From Candidatus Saccharimonadota bacterium (lineage in GTDB: Bacteria; Patescibacteriota; Saccharimonadia; Saccharimonadales; SLHW01), in the NCBI GenBank assembly GCA_024635455.1, contig JAGXIU010000002.1, positions 172,309 through 236,308 on the forward strand: 64,000 bases of DNA, in the 5' to 3' direction. A model generated the notes under the pieces. That model ran no database searches. It was not told the origin of the DNA and saw only the letters and a list, made by a program, of their open reading frames with translations. The position numbers were made by a program, and so were the translations under genes. Below are positions 47,562 to 56,817 of this stretch, in pieces; position 1 is the first letter of the stretch; each line of letters starts with the position of its first letter.

Positions 47562-47859
47562 TAGGTATTACTGTAGCAAATCAATTGCTCATACATGAAG
47601 CTATATAGGCAAGGACGGCTGAAGTGGGGTGGATAGATGGAGCAAAAGCGGCGTTTGTATTATAAAGATGATTGCTCTCATTGGGCGAGGACGTGGCTCC
47701 CGCAGCAGCTACACTCTTGGGTAAATATTGACATAATAACAACAGCATGCTACAGTGGGTGCTATTGTTTGACAGATCCGAGTTTGTAGCCGAATTACTT
47801 TGATCTCATTAGAACAATCGAAGTAATTAACTAACTACATACAATAAGGATTTTTTTTT

Positions 47860-49065
47860 ATGCCATATGTTTACCGTTCCTCACGTGCCCCATCAGCGAG
47901 ACATCGCGGTGGTGGACGTAACAAAAAACAACAACGCAACAAAAACCGTGGGGCTGGTCAATACATTGACCCGCGTCGCTTCGTACAGGTTGCCACAGCA
48001 GCAAACGAAGAAGCGTATAACGCAAAGCACAGCTTTAGCGATTTTCCGTTTGCGAAAATTTTACAAGACAACCTAACGTCTAAAGGTTATGAGACGCCAT
48101 CACCGATTCAAGACCAGGCGATACCTGCAGCGATTGCCGGTAGAGACGTTATCGGTATTGCGAGTACCGGAACTGGTAAAACCGCAGCTTTTGCTTTGCC
48201 AATTTTGCAGAGACTGATTACTGAGCCGAAGTCTGCAGCGCTGATTGTTGCACCGACCAGAGAACTTGCTCAGCAAATCGAACAAGAGTGCAAGGAGTTA
48301 GCAAAGGGAAGTGGCCTATTTGGGGCATTACTCATTGGTGGCTCGAGTATGGGTGCGCAGTTACGTGATTTACGTGATAAGCCACGCATCGTTATTGGCA
48401 CGCCAGGAAGAATCAAGGATCACCTGCAGCGCGGCACCTTGAAGCTACATAACTTCAACACAGTCGTCCTCGATGAGGTAGACCGTATGCTGGACATGGG
48501 CTTTGTGCACGATGTGACTGAAATTCTCAAGCACGCGAGCAGTGATCGACAATCGTTTTTCTTTTCCGCTACGATGGATAACCGGGTCCGCGGACTGATT
48601 GAAGCTTTCACAAGTGACCCAGTTTCGATTGCTATAAAGGCAAGCGCTACAAGTGACAGTGTGCACCAAGACGTACTAGAGTTTCAGAATTCTAGTGACA
48701 AAATTGATAAATTGCATGACCTTTTGATAAAAAACGAAGTCTCTAAAGTGATTGTATTCAACGAGACACAGCGCAATGTTGAACGCCTACACAGAGACCT
48801 CAACGATAGAGGCTTCAAGACCGAAGCTATCCATGGTGGCAAAACGCAGGGTCAGCGCCAAAAAGCACTGAGTAGATTCAAAAACAACCAGGTGCCAATT
48901 CTTGTCGCTACCGATGTAGCTGCTCGAGGGCTGGACGTCTCAGATATTACTCACGTCGTAAACTACTCTATTCCGAAAACCTACGACGACTACATTCACC
49001 GCGTTGGCCGAGCTGGCCGAGCTGGTCAAATTGGCTACGCCTTCACTTTTGTGCCGCAGCAGTAA
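47860..49065 (+). CDS. DEAD/DEAH-box RNA helicase
   Basis: Q motif, TGTGKT, PTRELA, TPGR, DEVD, SAT, ARGLD, HRVGRAGR. Confidence 0.95.
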   Translation: MPYVYRSSRAPSARHRGGGRNKKQQRNKNRGAGQYIDPRRFVQVATAANEEAYNAKHSFSDFPFAKILQDNLTSKGYETPSPIQDQAIPAAIAGRDVIGIASTGTGKTAAFALPILQRLITEPKSAALIVAPTRELAQQIEQECKELAKGSGLFGALLIGGSSMGAQLRDLRDKPRIVIGTPGRIKDHLQRGTLKLHNFNTVVLDEVDRMLDMGFVHDVTEILKHASSDRQSFFFSATMDNRVRGLIEAFTSDPVSIAIKASATSDSVHQDVLEFQNSSDKIDKLHDLLIKNEVSKVIVFNETQRNVERLHRDLNDRGFKTEAIHGGKTQGQRQKALSRFKNNQVPILVATDVAARGLDVSDITHVVNYSIPKTYDDYIHRVGRAGRAGQIGYAFTFVPQQ

Positions 49066-49092
49066 CCAGAGTGCGAAAAAATCTGTCGCAAT

Positions 49093-49127
49093 AAAAAACC
49101 TAAGGTCGTTACAACCTTAGGTTTTTT
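49093..49127. terminator. Bidirectional intrinsic terminator
   Basis: AAAAAACCTAAGGT-N7-ACCTTAGGTTTTTT between convergent genes. Confidence 0.85.
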
Positions 49128-49171
49128 GTGTTTACCGCAATAGTTAGGATTAAGACCTAATACACTTTTCC

Positions 49172-49777
49172 TTACTCGTTACCTTCTTCAGTAACGCTTA
49201 GCGTATAACTTGTGGTGTCATCGGTGTCTTGGTTGATGGTTACGCCAACACGTATTCCATCGTTATGCACCGCAGACACACTACTGCTGGTACCTGACTC
49301 AAAGCTTGATTGTGAGTCCCAGTCATCGCTATCGAACTCTGACTCGTAGTAATCGTAGACCTCTTCAGCCGAACGGCTGGTCGAAAATGATACTGACCAG
49401 ATTGTGCCACCATCTTGGGTGAAGCGCGAAGAGCCGACTATATCATCACCATCAAGTAATGGTACTTGTGCTGGAAAGTTGTCTGGCAGTTCTTGCGTTT
49501 GCGTGGAGCTAAAGTTGCCATCTTCTGACTCTATGGTGACGCCGTCGTCTGAAACCTCGATGTTCTCGCTGTCAGTCACATCTTCAAGGATTGAGGTTCC
49601 AATCTTTGAACCTGCATAACCGAGCAATGCTATACCGATGATACCGAGTATAACCACTACACCAACGACGATGAGTATTATTTTAACGGTCTTTTTTTGG
49701 CTATCACTAGCTGGCTCTGGCTGTGGTGATTGTCCAGCTTGGTTATTGTTGTTTTGAGTTGGATTATTGTCTGCCAT
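49172..49777 (-). CDS. Membrane-anchored acidic exported protein
   Basis: GAGGAG SD, TM, LPDNFPAQVPL...EVYDYY...W domain. Confidence 0.75.
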   Translation of the reverse strand: MADNNPTQNNNNQAGQSPQPEPASDSQKKTVKIILIVVGVVVILGIIGIALLGYAGSKIGTSILEDVTDSENIEVSDDGVTIESEDGNFSSTQTQELPDNFPAQVPLLDGDDIVGSSRFTQDGGTIWSVSFSTSRSAEEVYDYYESEFDSDDWDSQSSFESGTSSSVSAVHNDGIRVGVTINQDTDDTTSYTLSVTEEGNE

Positions 49778-49799
49778 TGCCGTACACTCCTCGCTTACA

Positions 49800-50165
49800 T
49801 TATTTTATTATGTCAAATCCGCCAATGAGGGGAAGACGTTGCATTTTCTTATTGAGTGCGTTCACGAGACCCATAACAAATAGCACCAAGGTAAATATGT
49901 TACCTAGTGGTAAGATTATGAACCAACCTATGAGCGGTATAGCAGCGCCGACAGTATTAATAATAATGCCCGCTATAAGCAGTAGTAAACCCTGATTGGC
50001 GTGGAACTTGCCAAATTGACTATCTGGATTGGTGACGAGAGGCAGGAAAAAAAGAATGCCTACATAGGCTAATGCAGCCATAACTTTTACTTGATCTATA
50101 TCCTCGGCTCCCTGATTTGTGTTGTTTGTTGTGTCATTATTACCCTTAGACGTGTCGTCTGCCAT
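49800..50165 (-). CDS. DUF4870-like membrane protein
   Basis: AALAY, KFHANQGL, LPLIG; AGGAGG SD. Confidence 0.8.
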   Translation of the reverse strand: MADDTSKGNNDTTNNTNQGAEDIDQVKVMAALAYVGILFFLPLVTNPDSQFGKFHANQGLLLLIAGIIINTVGAAIPLIGWFIILPLGNIFTLVLFVMGLVNALNKKMQRLPLIGGFDIIK

Positions 50166-50304
50166 GATATCTCCTCCTTATTTATGCTATTAATTATATC
50201 ATTTCAGGCAATAGCTGCAGGAGAGGGTGCCGATACAGACATGAAAATAACAGAATAGTAACGAATGTTTTACACATCGCTTTAACCGCGCTATGATTTG
50301 AATC

Positions 50305-51564
50305 ATGTATAGCGTAAAACAAAACTCAGGGATGTTATCAGAGCGTATGCGGACAGTCCTTTTTACGTTCTTTTGGGTCATATTGCTTGGTGTGCCAAGT
50401 GGACTAGTTATCTATGGCGGTTTTTTCCAAGAGGTCCCAGCAGTAGAGGCAGATATGTACACGCTAGAAACCGTTCCAGGAGAAGCTGTGACGCTAGAGT
50501 GGCCAATCAATGGCATAGCAGCTATTGGAGCAGAAGGGTATGGCGTATTGGGAGAATCTGAGTCAGTGAACGAGTCAGTTCCGATAGCGAGCATCTCAAA
50601 GTTGTTTCTGGCTCTAGCCATCATGGAGGTGCGACCGTTTGCGCTCGGCGAGGACGGTGAACGTATTACTATGAGTCAAGCAGATGAAGACTTGTATAAC
50701 AGCTATGTTAGTCGTGGCGGATCGGCATATCCGGTAAGCGCAGGACAGCAGTTTACGCAGTATCAAGCCATGCAAGCACTGTTGATACCCTCTGCAAACA
50801 ACATGGCAGATACACTCGCCACCTGGGCATTTGGCTCCATGGAAGGATACCTAGAATATGCCGATACTATGGTGTCTGGCATGGGATTAGAGCAAACCAC
50901 ACTTGCAGATGCGAGTGGTTTTTCACCTGCGTCTGTCAGCACGCCAGCCGAACTTGTCTTAACTGGTCAGGCAGCACTTGAGAATGAAGTAATTGCAGAT
51001 ATCGTTGCCCGACAACAGGCACAAATATATCCTGGAGTAGAAACAGTCTTTAGCACAAATCAGTTGCTAAGCAATCCGAACGTTGTTGGCATAAAAACTG
51101 GAACAACTGATGAGGCAGGCGCTAACCTTTTATTCGCTGCACGTCACGCGCTTACGGAGACAAGTGAGGCAACGATTGTCGGTGTAGTAATGGGGCAACC
51201 TGATAAGACCGTGTTATATCAGGAGGCACAATCGTTGCTACAAAGCGCTTACCGAGGGTTTGGCTTCATAGAAGTACTGGCTGAGGGTGCAGTTGTCGGA
51301 GCGTACCAGGCACCATGGATGAATGAATCTGAATCTATCCCAATAGTGTCTTCTGGTGGGGCAGTTGTGCCCGCCTGGATAGGCGCAGATATAACACCAG
51401 TTGCTGAGGCGGAGTCACTTGAGTCAGGGAATGTACCCGGCGAACAAATCGGAACGGCTCGCATTGAGCATGGACCTGAAACAACGTCGGTCCCACTGGT
51501 GACACAAGGCGCAATCCCTGAACCATCATTCTGGTGGAAAGTCCGGAACATTTTCTCACGTTAA
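50305..51564 (+). CDS. D-alanyl-D-alanine carboxypeptidase (peptidase S11)
   Basis: SISK, SAN and KTG motifs; N-terminal TM; true start may be ATG 50347. Confidence 0.9.
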   Translation: MYSVKQNSGMLSERMRTVLFTFFWVILLGVPSGLVIYGGFFQEVPAVEADMYTLETVPGEAVTLEWPINGIAAIGAEGYGVLGESESVNESVPIASISKLFLALAIMEVRPFALGEDGERITMSQADEDLYNSYVSRGGSAYPVSAGQQFTQYQAMQALLIPSANNMADTLATWAFGSMEGYLEYADTMVSGMGLEQTTLADASGFSPASVSTPAELVLTGQAALENEVIADIVARQQAQIYPGVETVFSTNQLLSNPNVVGIKTGTTDEAGANLLFAARHALTETSEATIVGVVMGQPDKTVLYQEAQSLLQSAYRGFGFIEVLAEGAVVGAYQAPWMNESESIPIVSSGGAVVPAWIGADITPVAEAESLESGNVPGEQIGTARIEHGPETTSVPLVTQGAIPEPSFWWKVRNIFSR

Positions 51565-51600
51565 GCAGTTCGTTACCAGTAGCGGTAATCCAATACATGA

Positions 51601-51632
51601 TAAACCCGACATACTATAGTGTGTCGGGTTTA
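51601..51632. repeat. Dispersed 32-bp palindromic repeat, copy 4
   Basis: TAAACCCGACA-T-ACTATAGT-G-TGTCGGGTTTA. Confidence 0.95.
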
Positions 51633-51693
51633 TTCCAAGCTAGTAAGCTGTTTGTACTGCCGTGGAGTTACGTAGTAAAATAGAAAACAACAC

Positions 51694-51861
51694 ATGAAAA
51701 AAATTACCGACGAATCAATCAAGTCACGGCTCATGCTGATTGTTGCATTTATCGTTTCTATGGCAGTCGGCTACCTACTGGTTTCGCAATTTCAGCAATC
51801 GATACTACGTGCCTGGATTAACGGTCCTGGGACGTCACAATCTACCGAACAAGTTAATTAG
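51694..51861 (+). CDS. Small single-TM protein (55 aa)
   Basis: MKKITDESIKSRLMLIVAFIVSMAVGYLLVSQF...; below ORF-track cutoff. Confidence 0.5.
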   Translation: MKKITDESIKSRLMLIVAFIVSMAVGYLLVSQFQQSILRAWINGPGTSQSTEQVN

Positions 51862-52039
51862 GGTTCGACAAAAAGCCGTAGCCACCACATAGAATCAATG
51901 GTCCACCAAACAGTGGCAGAGTTGATAGTCGACCCACTCTATCTGTCATAGATACGAAGCATTGTTTAGACGTATAAAAAATACCGGGACTTTCGCCCCG
52001 GTATTTTATGTGACTCGTCTGTAGCTACAAACTGTGTGC

Positions 52040-52120
52040 TCAGAGTTTCTTGAGTAATTTATCAATTCTCAGAAACGATGTGTTCGCTGCTGGTGCATAC
52101 TCATATGCAAGCTTTGACAT
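52040..52120 (-). CDS. Putative small protein (26 aa)
   Basis: AGGAGGT SD; MSKLAYEYAPAANTSFLRIDKLLKKL; terminator hairpin near 51976-52008. Confidence 0.45.
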   Translation of the reverse strand: MSKLAYEYAPAANTSFLRIDKLLKKL

Positions 52121-52375
52121 GAAACCTCCTGCTGTTTTGTTTTTTTGTATGTTTGTTTTACGCGAAAAACTAATTATAATTATACACATAAATATAGATT
52201 TGTCAAGTACGTGATTGTTTTATACCGTCAGATATGCTTTAATACTAGAGCAGGATCTTACACAGTTAGTAGCAGTGGTAGTTATTGTTCCTTGTTTTGT
52301 ACAGAACAGACCATGCCAAATGAAAGCAAGACTCGTAAGAGGTCGACCTGTTCGTTACTAATTAAGGAAAAATAC

Positions 52376-52672
52376 ATGTATAAGTTATTTGTAGGTGGTT
52401 TGCCATTTAGCACAACTGAAGATGAGCTAAAAGATGCATTCGGTGCCCATGGTACTGTTGCAAGCGCAAAGATAATCACCGACCGTGACACCGGTCGTAG
52501 CAAAGGCTTTGGCTTTGTCGAGTTTGAAAACGAAGACGAAGGTAAAGAAGCTGAAAAAGCTATGAACGGCAGCGACATGGGCGGACGATCACTCACAGTG
52601 AACGAAGCTCGTCCTATGGAAAAGCGTGAACCTCGCCATGACAATGGTGGCGGCAATCGCCGAAGCTGGTAG
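52376..52672 (+). CDS. RRM-domain RNA-binding protein
   Basis: RNP2 LFVGGL, RNP1 KGFGFVEF, VNEARP; AAGGA SD; terminator follows. Confidence 0.93.
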   Translation: MYKLFVGGLPFSTTEDELKDAFGAHGTVASAKIITDRDTGRSKGFGFVEFENEDEGKEAEKAMNGSDMGGRSLTVNEARPMEKREPRHDNGGGNRRSW

Positions 52673-52783
52673 TTCTTCTACTGCTAAAATTACTCCTCTC
52701 ATTGCGAGAGGAGTTTTTATTTTATGAATAAAAAGTGGTAAGATGTCAAGCAACACTAGGAAAAGTGAAAGCACATCAAGCCT

Positions 52784-53347
52784 ATGCTGTATCGAGTAAG
52801 TCCTGAATACTCAAAACCACCCGTACAATTTAAACCAGAAGCGGATGATAGTCCCGATGTTATGAGTCTGCAAGTGGGGTACAGTTACGCATGCATAGGC
52901 ACAGCACTTTCATTAATTGATCTCCTGAATAACTCCGATGAAAATAGCGAGTCGATTAAGACGCAATTAGGCAACGGTTTTACCATGTGGTCAGGTACCG
53001 AAACATCTGGTAACCGATCTTTGACATTTATATACGAAGAGATGCACGATGTACAGTTCGAGAAAGACACGTTATCAATGCTCTGGGTGACGCAACCAGA
53101 TATGGGTGGCTTAAAGCCTTGCTACTTGATAACCAGAAACCAGGAGGGTGGCCCTGTTGTACACCGTTACTCGTCTCGAAAAGGCTGGCACACTCCTTCT
53201 GCTCGCAATATGAAAAAGATATTTCACAATACCATGCTCCCTCTTGATAAAAGCCAAAACGTCGTCGGCAGGCTAGCTGTATTACGAAAGCAAGACAGCG
53301 CTTACTTTCAGCGTACGCTCGAAGAGTTTCCAGAAGATCGACTGTAA
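52784..53347 (+). CDS. Hypothetical protein
   Basis: 187-aa ORF, no recognised motif. Confidence 0.6.
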   Translation: MLYRVSPEYSKPPVQFKPEADDSPDVMSLQVGYSYACIGTALSLIDLLNNSDENSESIKTQLGNGFTMWSGTETSGNRSLTFIYEEMHDVQFEKDTLSMLWVTQPDMGGLKPCYLITRNQEGGPVVHRYSSRKGWHTPSARNMKKIFHNTMLPLDKSQNVVGRLAVLRKQDSAYFQRTLEEFPEDRL

Positions 53348-53354
53348 ACAGGAC

Positions 53355-53663
53355 TAAGATTTGACTATTTTCTGCGACCTCACTGAGGTCATGGGCGTAA
53401 TCACCCATCCTCCAGCCAATGAAAAGACCCCGCAAAACGGGGTCCTTACATTGGTAGCAGGGGCGAGAATTGAAACAACATACGATGGTAGACTCCGCCG
53501 GTTGGCTGATTCCACCATCTATTATAAAAAGTAAAATCTCACTTAAGATTTGACTATTTTCTGCGACCTCACTGAGGTCATGGGCGTAATCACCCATCCT
53601 CCGACCAATGAAAAGACCCCGCAAAACGGGGTCCTTACATTGGTAGCAGGGGCGAGAATTGAA
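53355..53663. repeat. 120-bp direct repeat including the tRNA-Met 3' end and terminator
   Basis: 53355-53474 versus 53544-53663, period 189, two mismatches. Confidence 0.95.
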
Positions 53664-53717
53664 CTCGCGACCTCAGGCTTATGAGTCCTGCGCTCTAACC
53701 ATCTGAGCTACCCTGCC
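53641..53717 (-). tRNA. Elongator tRNA-Met (CAT)
   Basis: GGCAGGG/CCCTGCT, G2-C71 and C3-G70 Met elements, CAGGA-CTCATAA-GCCTG, encoded CCA. Confidence 0.9.
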
Positions 53718-53951
53718 ATATTATTGCTGCATGATGCGCTACTACTTGAACAGCTTGCGGGTAAGGGCTTTAGATTGTTAGTGCACCGGTGTGCACGTTA
53801 TCTATTTTTGACCTACCTTGCCGTAGCAACGATTTCATACGTCGTTTAGGTAAATGTACGAGAAAATCTCTACCGAACAGGGGAGATTGTAGCATGTTGC
53901 AGTGGGTTTATCTAGTGTCTGCGCGTCGGGGTCGTTATACTGGATGTAACT

Positions 53952-54866
53952 ATGGATATGAAGCTTCGGCCAGGGAATTATGTTATTGCGGTGAGTGGAG
54001 GTGTTGACTCTATGAGTTTACTGCATGCTTTGGCGGCTCAGTCTGATGATAAAGCGTATAGATTTACAGTGGCGCACTTTGATCACGGCATTCGGCGAGA
54101 CTCTATCGAGGACCGAAAGTTAGTCCAAGAATACGCAAAACAATATAATCTTCCGTTTGTGTATGAGGCTGGTCAGCTCGGCGCGCACGCCAGCGAGGAA
54201 GAGGCGCGCGACGCTCGCTATGTATTTCTCCGTTCAGTCATGCAAGCCTGTAATGCACAGGCAATACTTACGGCGCATCACAAAGATGACGCGCTTGAAA
54301 CAGCAGTGTTTAACATACTGCGCGGAACTGGACGGCAAGGTCTGGCGCCGCTGTCGAGTCAAGCGGATGTACAGCGGCCATTAATCGCCTATACGAAAAA
54401 AGACATCTACATGTATGCAAGAAGCCATCAACTCCAATGGCGCGAAGACGAAACCAATCAAGACAACACTTTTTCTCGTAATTATATTCGCAATCAGCTT
54501 TTACCAAGCCTGAGCGCTCAAAAGCTGGAGCCTCTGGATCGCTCGATCGCGGAAGTTCGTACATCAAATCAAGCTATCGATGAAGCCCTAGGCGAATTGG
54601 TCAATCAGCAGCCGAAAAGTGGATCATTGGACCGGGATTTTTTTGTTTCGTTACCGCACATTGTCGCGAAAGAACTGCTGGTTTACTGGTTGCGTAAACA
54701 CGGTATACGCGACTTTGACAGAAGAGGAATTGAGCGGCTTACGATTACCATAAAGACTGCTGGTAGTGGAACGCGGCACGATATAGTATCTAGTCACATC
54801 TTATCTCTCACTCCGGATGAAGCCATGATAATTACTGCCTCAGAAAAAAAGTCGCCAAAAAAGTAG
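53952..54866 (+). CDS. tilS: tRNA(Ile)-lysidine synthetase
   Basis: AVSGGVDSM PP-loop, HFDHGIR, EEEARDARY, TAHHKDD, RPL, DETN, RNYIR. Confidence 0.95.
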   Translation: MDMKLRPGNYVIAVSGGVDSMSLLHALAAQSDDKAYRFTVAHFDHGIRRDSIEDRKLVQEYAKQYNLPFVYEAGQLGAHASEEEARDARYVFLRSVMQACNAQAILTAHHKDDALETAVFNILRGTGRQGLAPLSSQADVQRPLIAYTKKDIYMYARSHQLQWREDETNQDNTFSRNYIRNQLLPSLSAQKLEPLDRSIAEVRTSNQAIDEALGELVNQQPKSGSLDRDFFVSLPHIVAKELLVYWLRKHGIRDFDRRGIERLTITIKTAGSGTRHDIVSSHILSLTPDEAMIITASEKKSPKK

Positions 54867-54892
54867 CTATATCAGGTATAATGTTTTCGTCT

Positions 54893-56764
54893 ATGGATAA
54901 AAAATCATTTGGGAAGAAGCCGAACAAAACACCCGGCAACAAGAAGAACTATCGAAACATCGGTTTCATCGCTTTCTTGGTACTGTTTGGCATTATTATA
55001 TTTTCTACTGCCGGTCAATCACCAGAATTAGAGGAAGTGCCGCTTTCAGAAGTTGTGCAGCGGGCCAATCGTGGCGATATCTCTCGTATTGAAATAACTG
55101 GGAATGAGCTGCTTGTCACTGAGTCAGGTGAAGAAGAGCCAAGCATCGAGTCTATTAAAGAAGAGGGAACTATCTACGAGCAAGGCCTGAACGGTGACGT
55201 AGAGGGGCTCGTGGTTGATCCACAATCAGAGTCGTCAACTGGTACTATTTTTGCCAATATCGGCATATCACTGTTACCAGTGCTTATTATCGGTGCATTG
55301 ATTCTATTTATGTTGCGTAGCGCGCAGGGTCAAGGCAATCAGGCCATGAGCTTCGGCAAGAGTAAGGCCAAGTTATATGGGAGTGACAAGGAAAAGGTCA
55401 CGTTTGATGATATCGCTGGCTCCGATGAGGCGAAACAAGATCTTGAGGAAGTGGTTGAGTTTCTTAAATTTCCTAAGAAGTTCGAAGCTCTCGGCGCAAA
55501 AATCCCGAAAGGCGTACTGCTTGTCGGCCCTCCAGGTACCGGTAAGACACTGCTTTCGCGAGCAGTGGCAGGTGAGGCTAAGGTTCCATTCTTTAGTATC
55601 TCAGGATCAGAGTTTGTTGAGATGTTTGTCGGTGTTGGCGCCAGTCGAGTTCGCGACTTATTCTCGAAGGCAAAGAAAAATTCGCCATGTATTATCTTTA
55701 TTGATGAAATTGACGCAGTTGGCCGACGACGTGGTAGCGGTATGGGCGGTGGACACGATGAACGTGAGCAAACCTTAAACCAGATTCTTGTAGAGATGGA
55801 TGGTTTTGAACAAGGCACAAACGTCATCGTCCTCGCTGCAACCAACCGAGCCGATGTGCTTGATCCAGCTTTGCTGCGACCTGGCCGCTTTGACCGGCGC
55901 GTAAACATTATTTTGCCTGACCGCAAAGACCGCGAAGCAATCCTTAAAGTGCACTTTAAGAACAAGCCAGTTGAACCAGATGTTGACTTGAGCGCGTTAG
56001 CTGCGAAGACTGCCGGTACTTCAGGCGCCGACTTGCAAAACATTGCAAATGAATCATCAATTGTAGCTGCTCGCAATAATCACAAGAAGGTTTCAGCGAC
56101 AGACATTACTGAAGCTTTCGAAAAAGTTGCAATTGGTCCAGAGCGCCGTAACAAAATAATGAATGACCACGAGAAAGAGCTTACTGCTTACCATGAAGCT
56201 GGGCACGCCGTAGTTGGTCACGTATTACCTGATAGCGACATGGTGCACAAAGTGACTATTATTCCACGTGGCGGCACTGGTGGTGTTACCTGGTTTATCC
56301 CGCCGGAAGACAAGAGCTACCATAGCATCATCGAATACAAAGATGTTTTAGCGCGCATGCTCGGTGGGCGTGTAGCTGAGGAAGTTATGTATGGCAGTGA
56401 CCGAGTTACAACTGGTGCTGGCTCTGACTTACAAAAAGCAGCTGAGTTGGCTCGAGACATGATTATTAATCAGGGCATGGGCAAGAAATTACGTGACCAA
56501 GTCTTTCACGTTGAGGAAGGTACTATGATGGATCGCATGGTACACGAAAAACAATATAGCGAAGAAACCGCAAAAATGATTGATGAAGAAGTTGAGACAT
56601 TGGTAACAGAGGCAGCAAGACGCGCGCGTGCTGTTATCAAAGAGAACACCAAGAAACTTGAAGAGCTTAAAGATGCACTTGTCGAGAAAGAAACTATCGA
56701 CGCAGATGAAGTTATCAAGATTCTTGAGGGTTCAAAAATGCCGAAATCGGCATCCTTATATTAA
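54893..56764 (+). CDS. ftsH: ATP-dependent zinc metalloprotease FtsH
   Basis: Two TMs, [23 protein letters not shown] 54881 overlaps a TATAAT box so 54893 preferred. Confidence 0.97.
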   Translation: MDKKSFGKKPNKTPGNKKNYRNIGFIAFLVLFGIIIFSTAGQSPELEEVPLSEVVQRANRGDISRIEITGNELLVTESGEEEPSIESIKEEGTIYEQGLNGDVEGLVVDPQSESSTGTIFANIGISLLPVLIIGALILFMLRSAQGQGNQAMSFGKSKAKLYGSDKEKVTFDDIAGSDEAKQDLEEVVEFLKFPKKFEALGAKIPKGVLLVGPPGTGKTLLSRAVAGEAKVPFFSISGSEFVEMFVGVGASRVRDLFSKAKKNSPCIIFIDEIDAVGRRRGSGMGGGHDEREQTLNQILVEMDGFEQGTNVIVLAATNRADVLDPALLRPGRFDRRVNIILPDRKDREAILKVHFKNKPVEPDVDLSALAAKTAGTSGADLQNIANESSIVAARNNHKKVSATDITEAFEKVAIGPERRNKIMNDHEKELTAYHEAGHAVVGHVLPDSDMVHKVTIIPRGGTGGVTWFIPPEDKSYHSIIEYKDVLARMLGGRVAEEVMYGSDRVTTGAGSDLQKAAELARDMIINQGMGKKLRDQVFHVEEGTMMDRMVHEKQYSEETAKMIDEEVETLVTEAARRARAVIKENTKKLEELKDALVEKETIDADEVIKILEGSKMPKSASLY

Positions 56765-56817
56765 ATCAGATATTTCTAGGTGGATATGTGTCCGTAACGC
56801 GCATATAATGTAGCGTA

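Noticed and set aside
125..51632. 32-bp palindromes as CRISPR repeats
   Set aside because: Copies are kilobases apart with no spacers and no cas genes
52145..52375. N-terminal extension of the RRM ORF
   Set aside because: The RRM begins at ATG 52376 with an SD; upstream is promoter and leader
53028..53624. 198-aa minus-strand ORF with an internal peptide repeat
   Set aside because: By-product of the 120-bp DNA repeat; overlaps terminators and the plus-strand gene
55339..56076. 245-aa antisense ORF
   Set aside because: Shadow of ftsH codon structure
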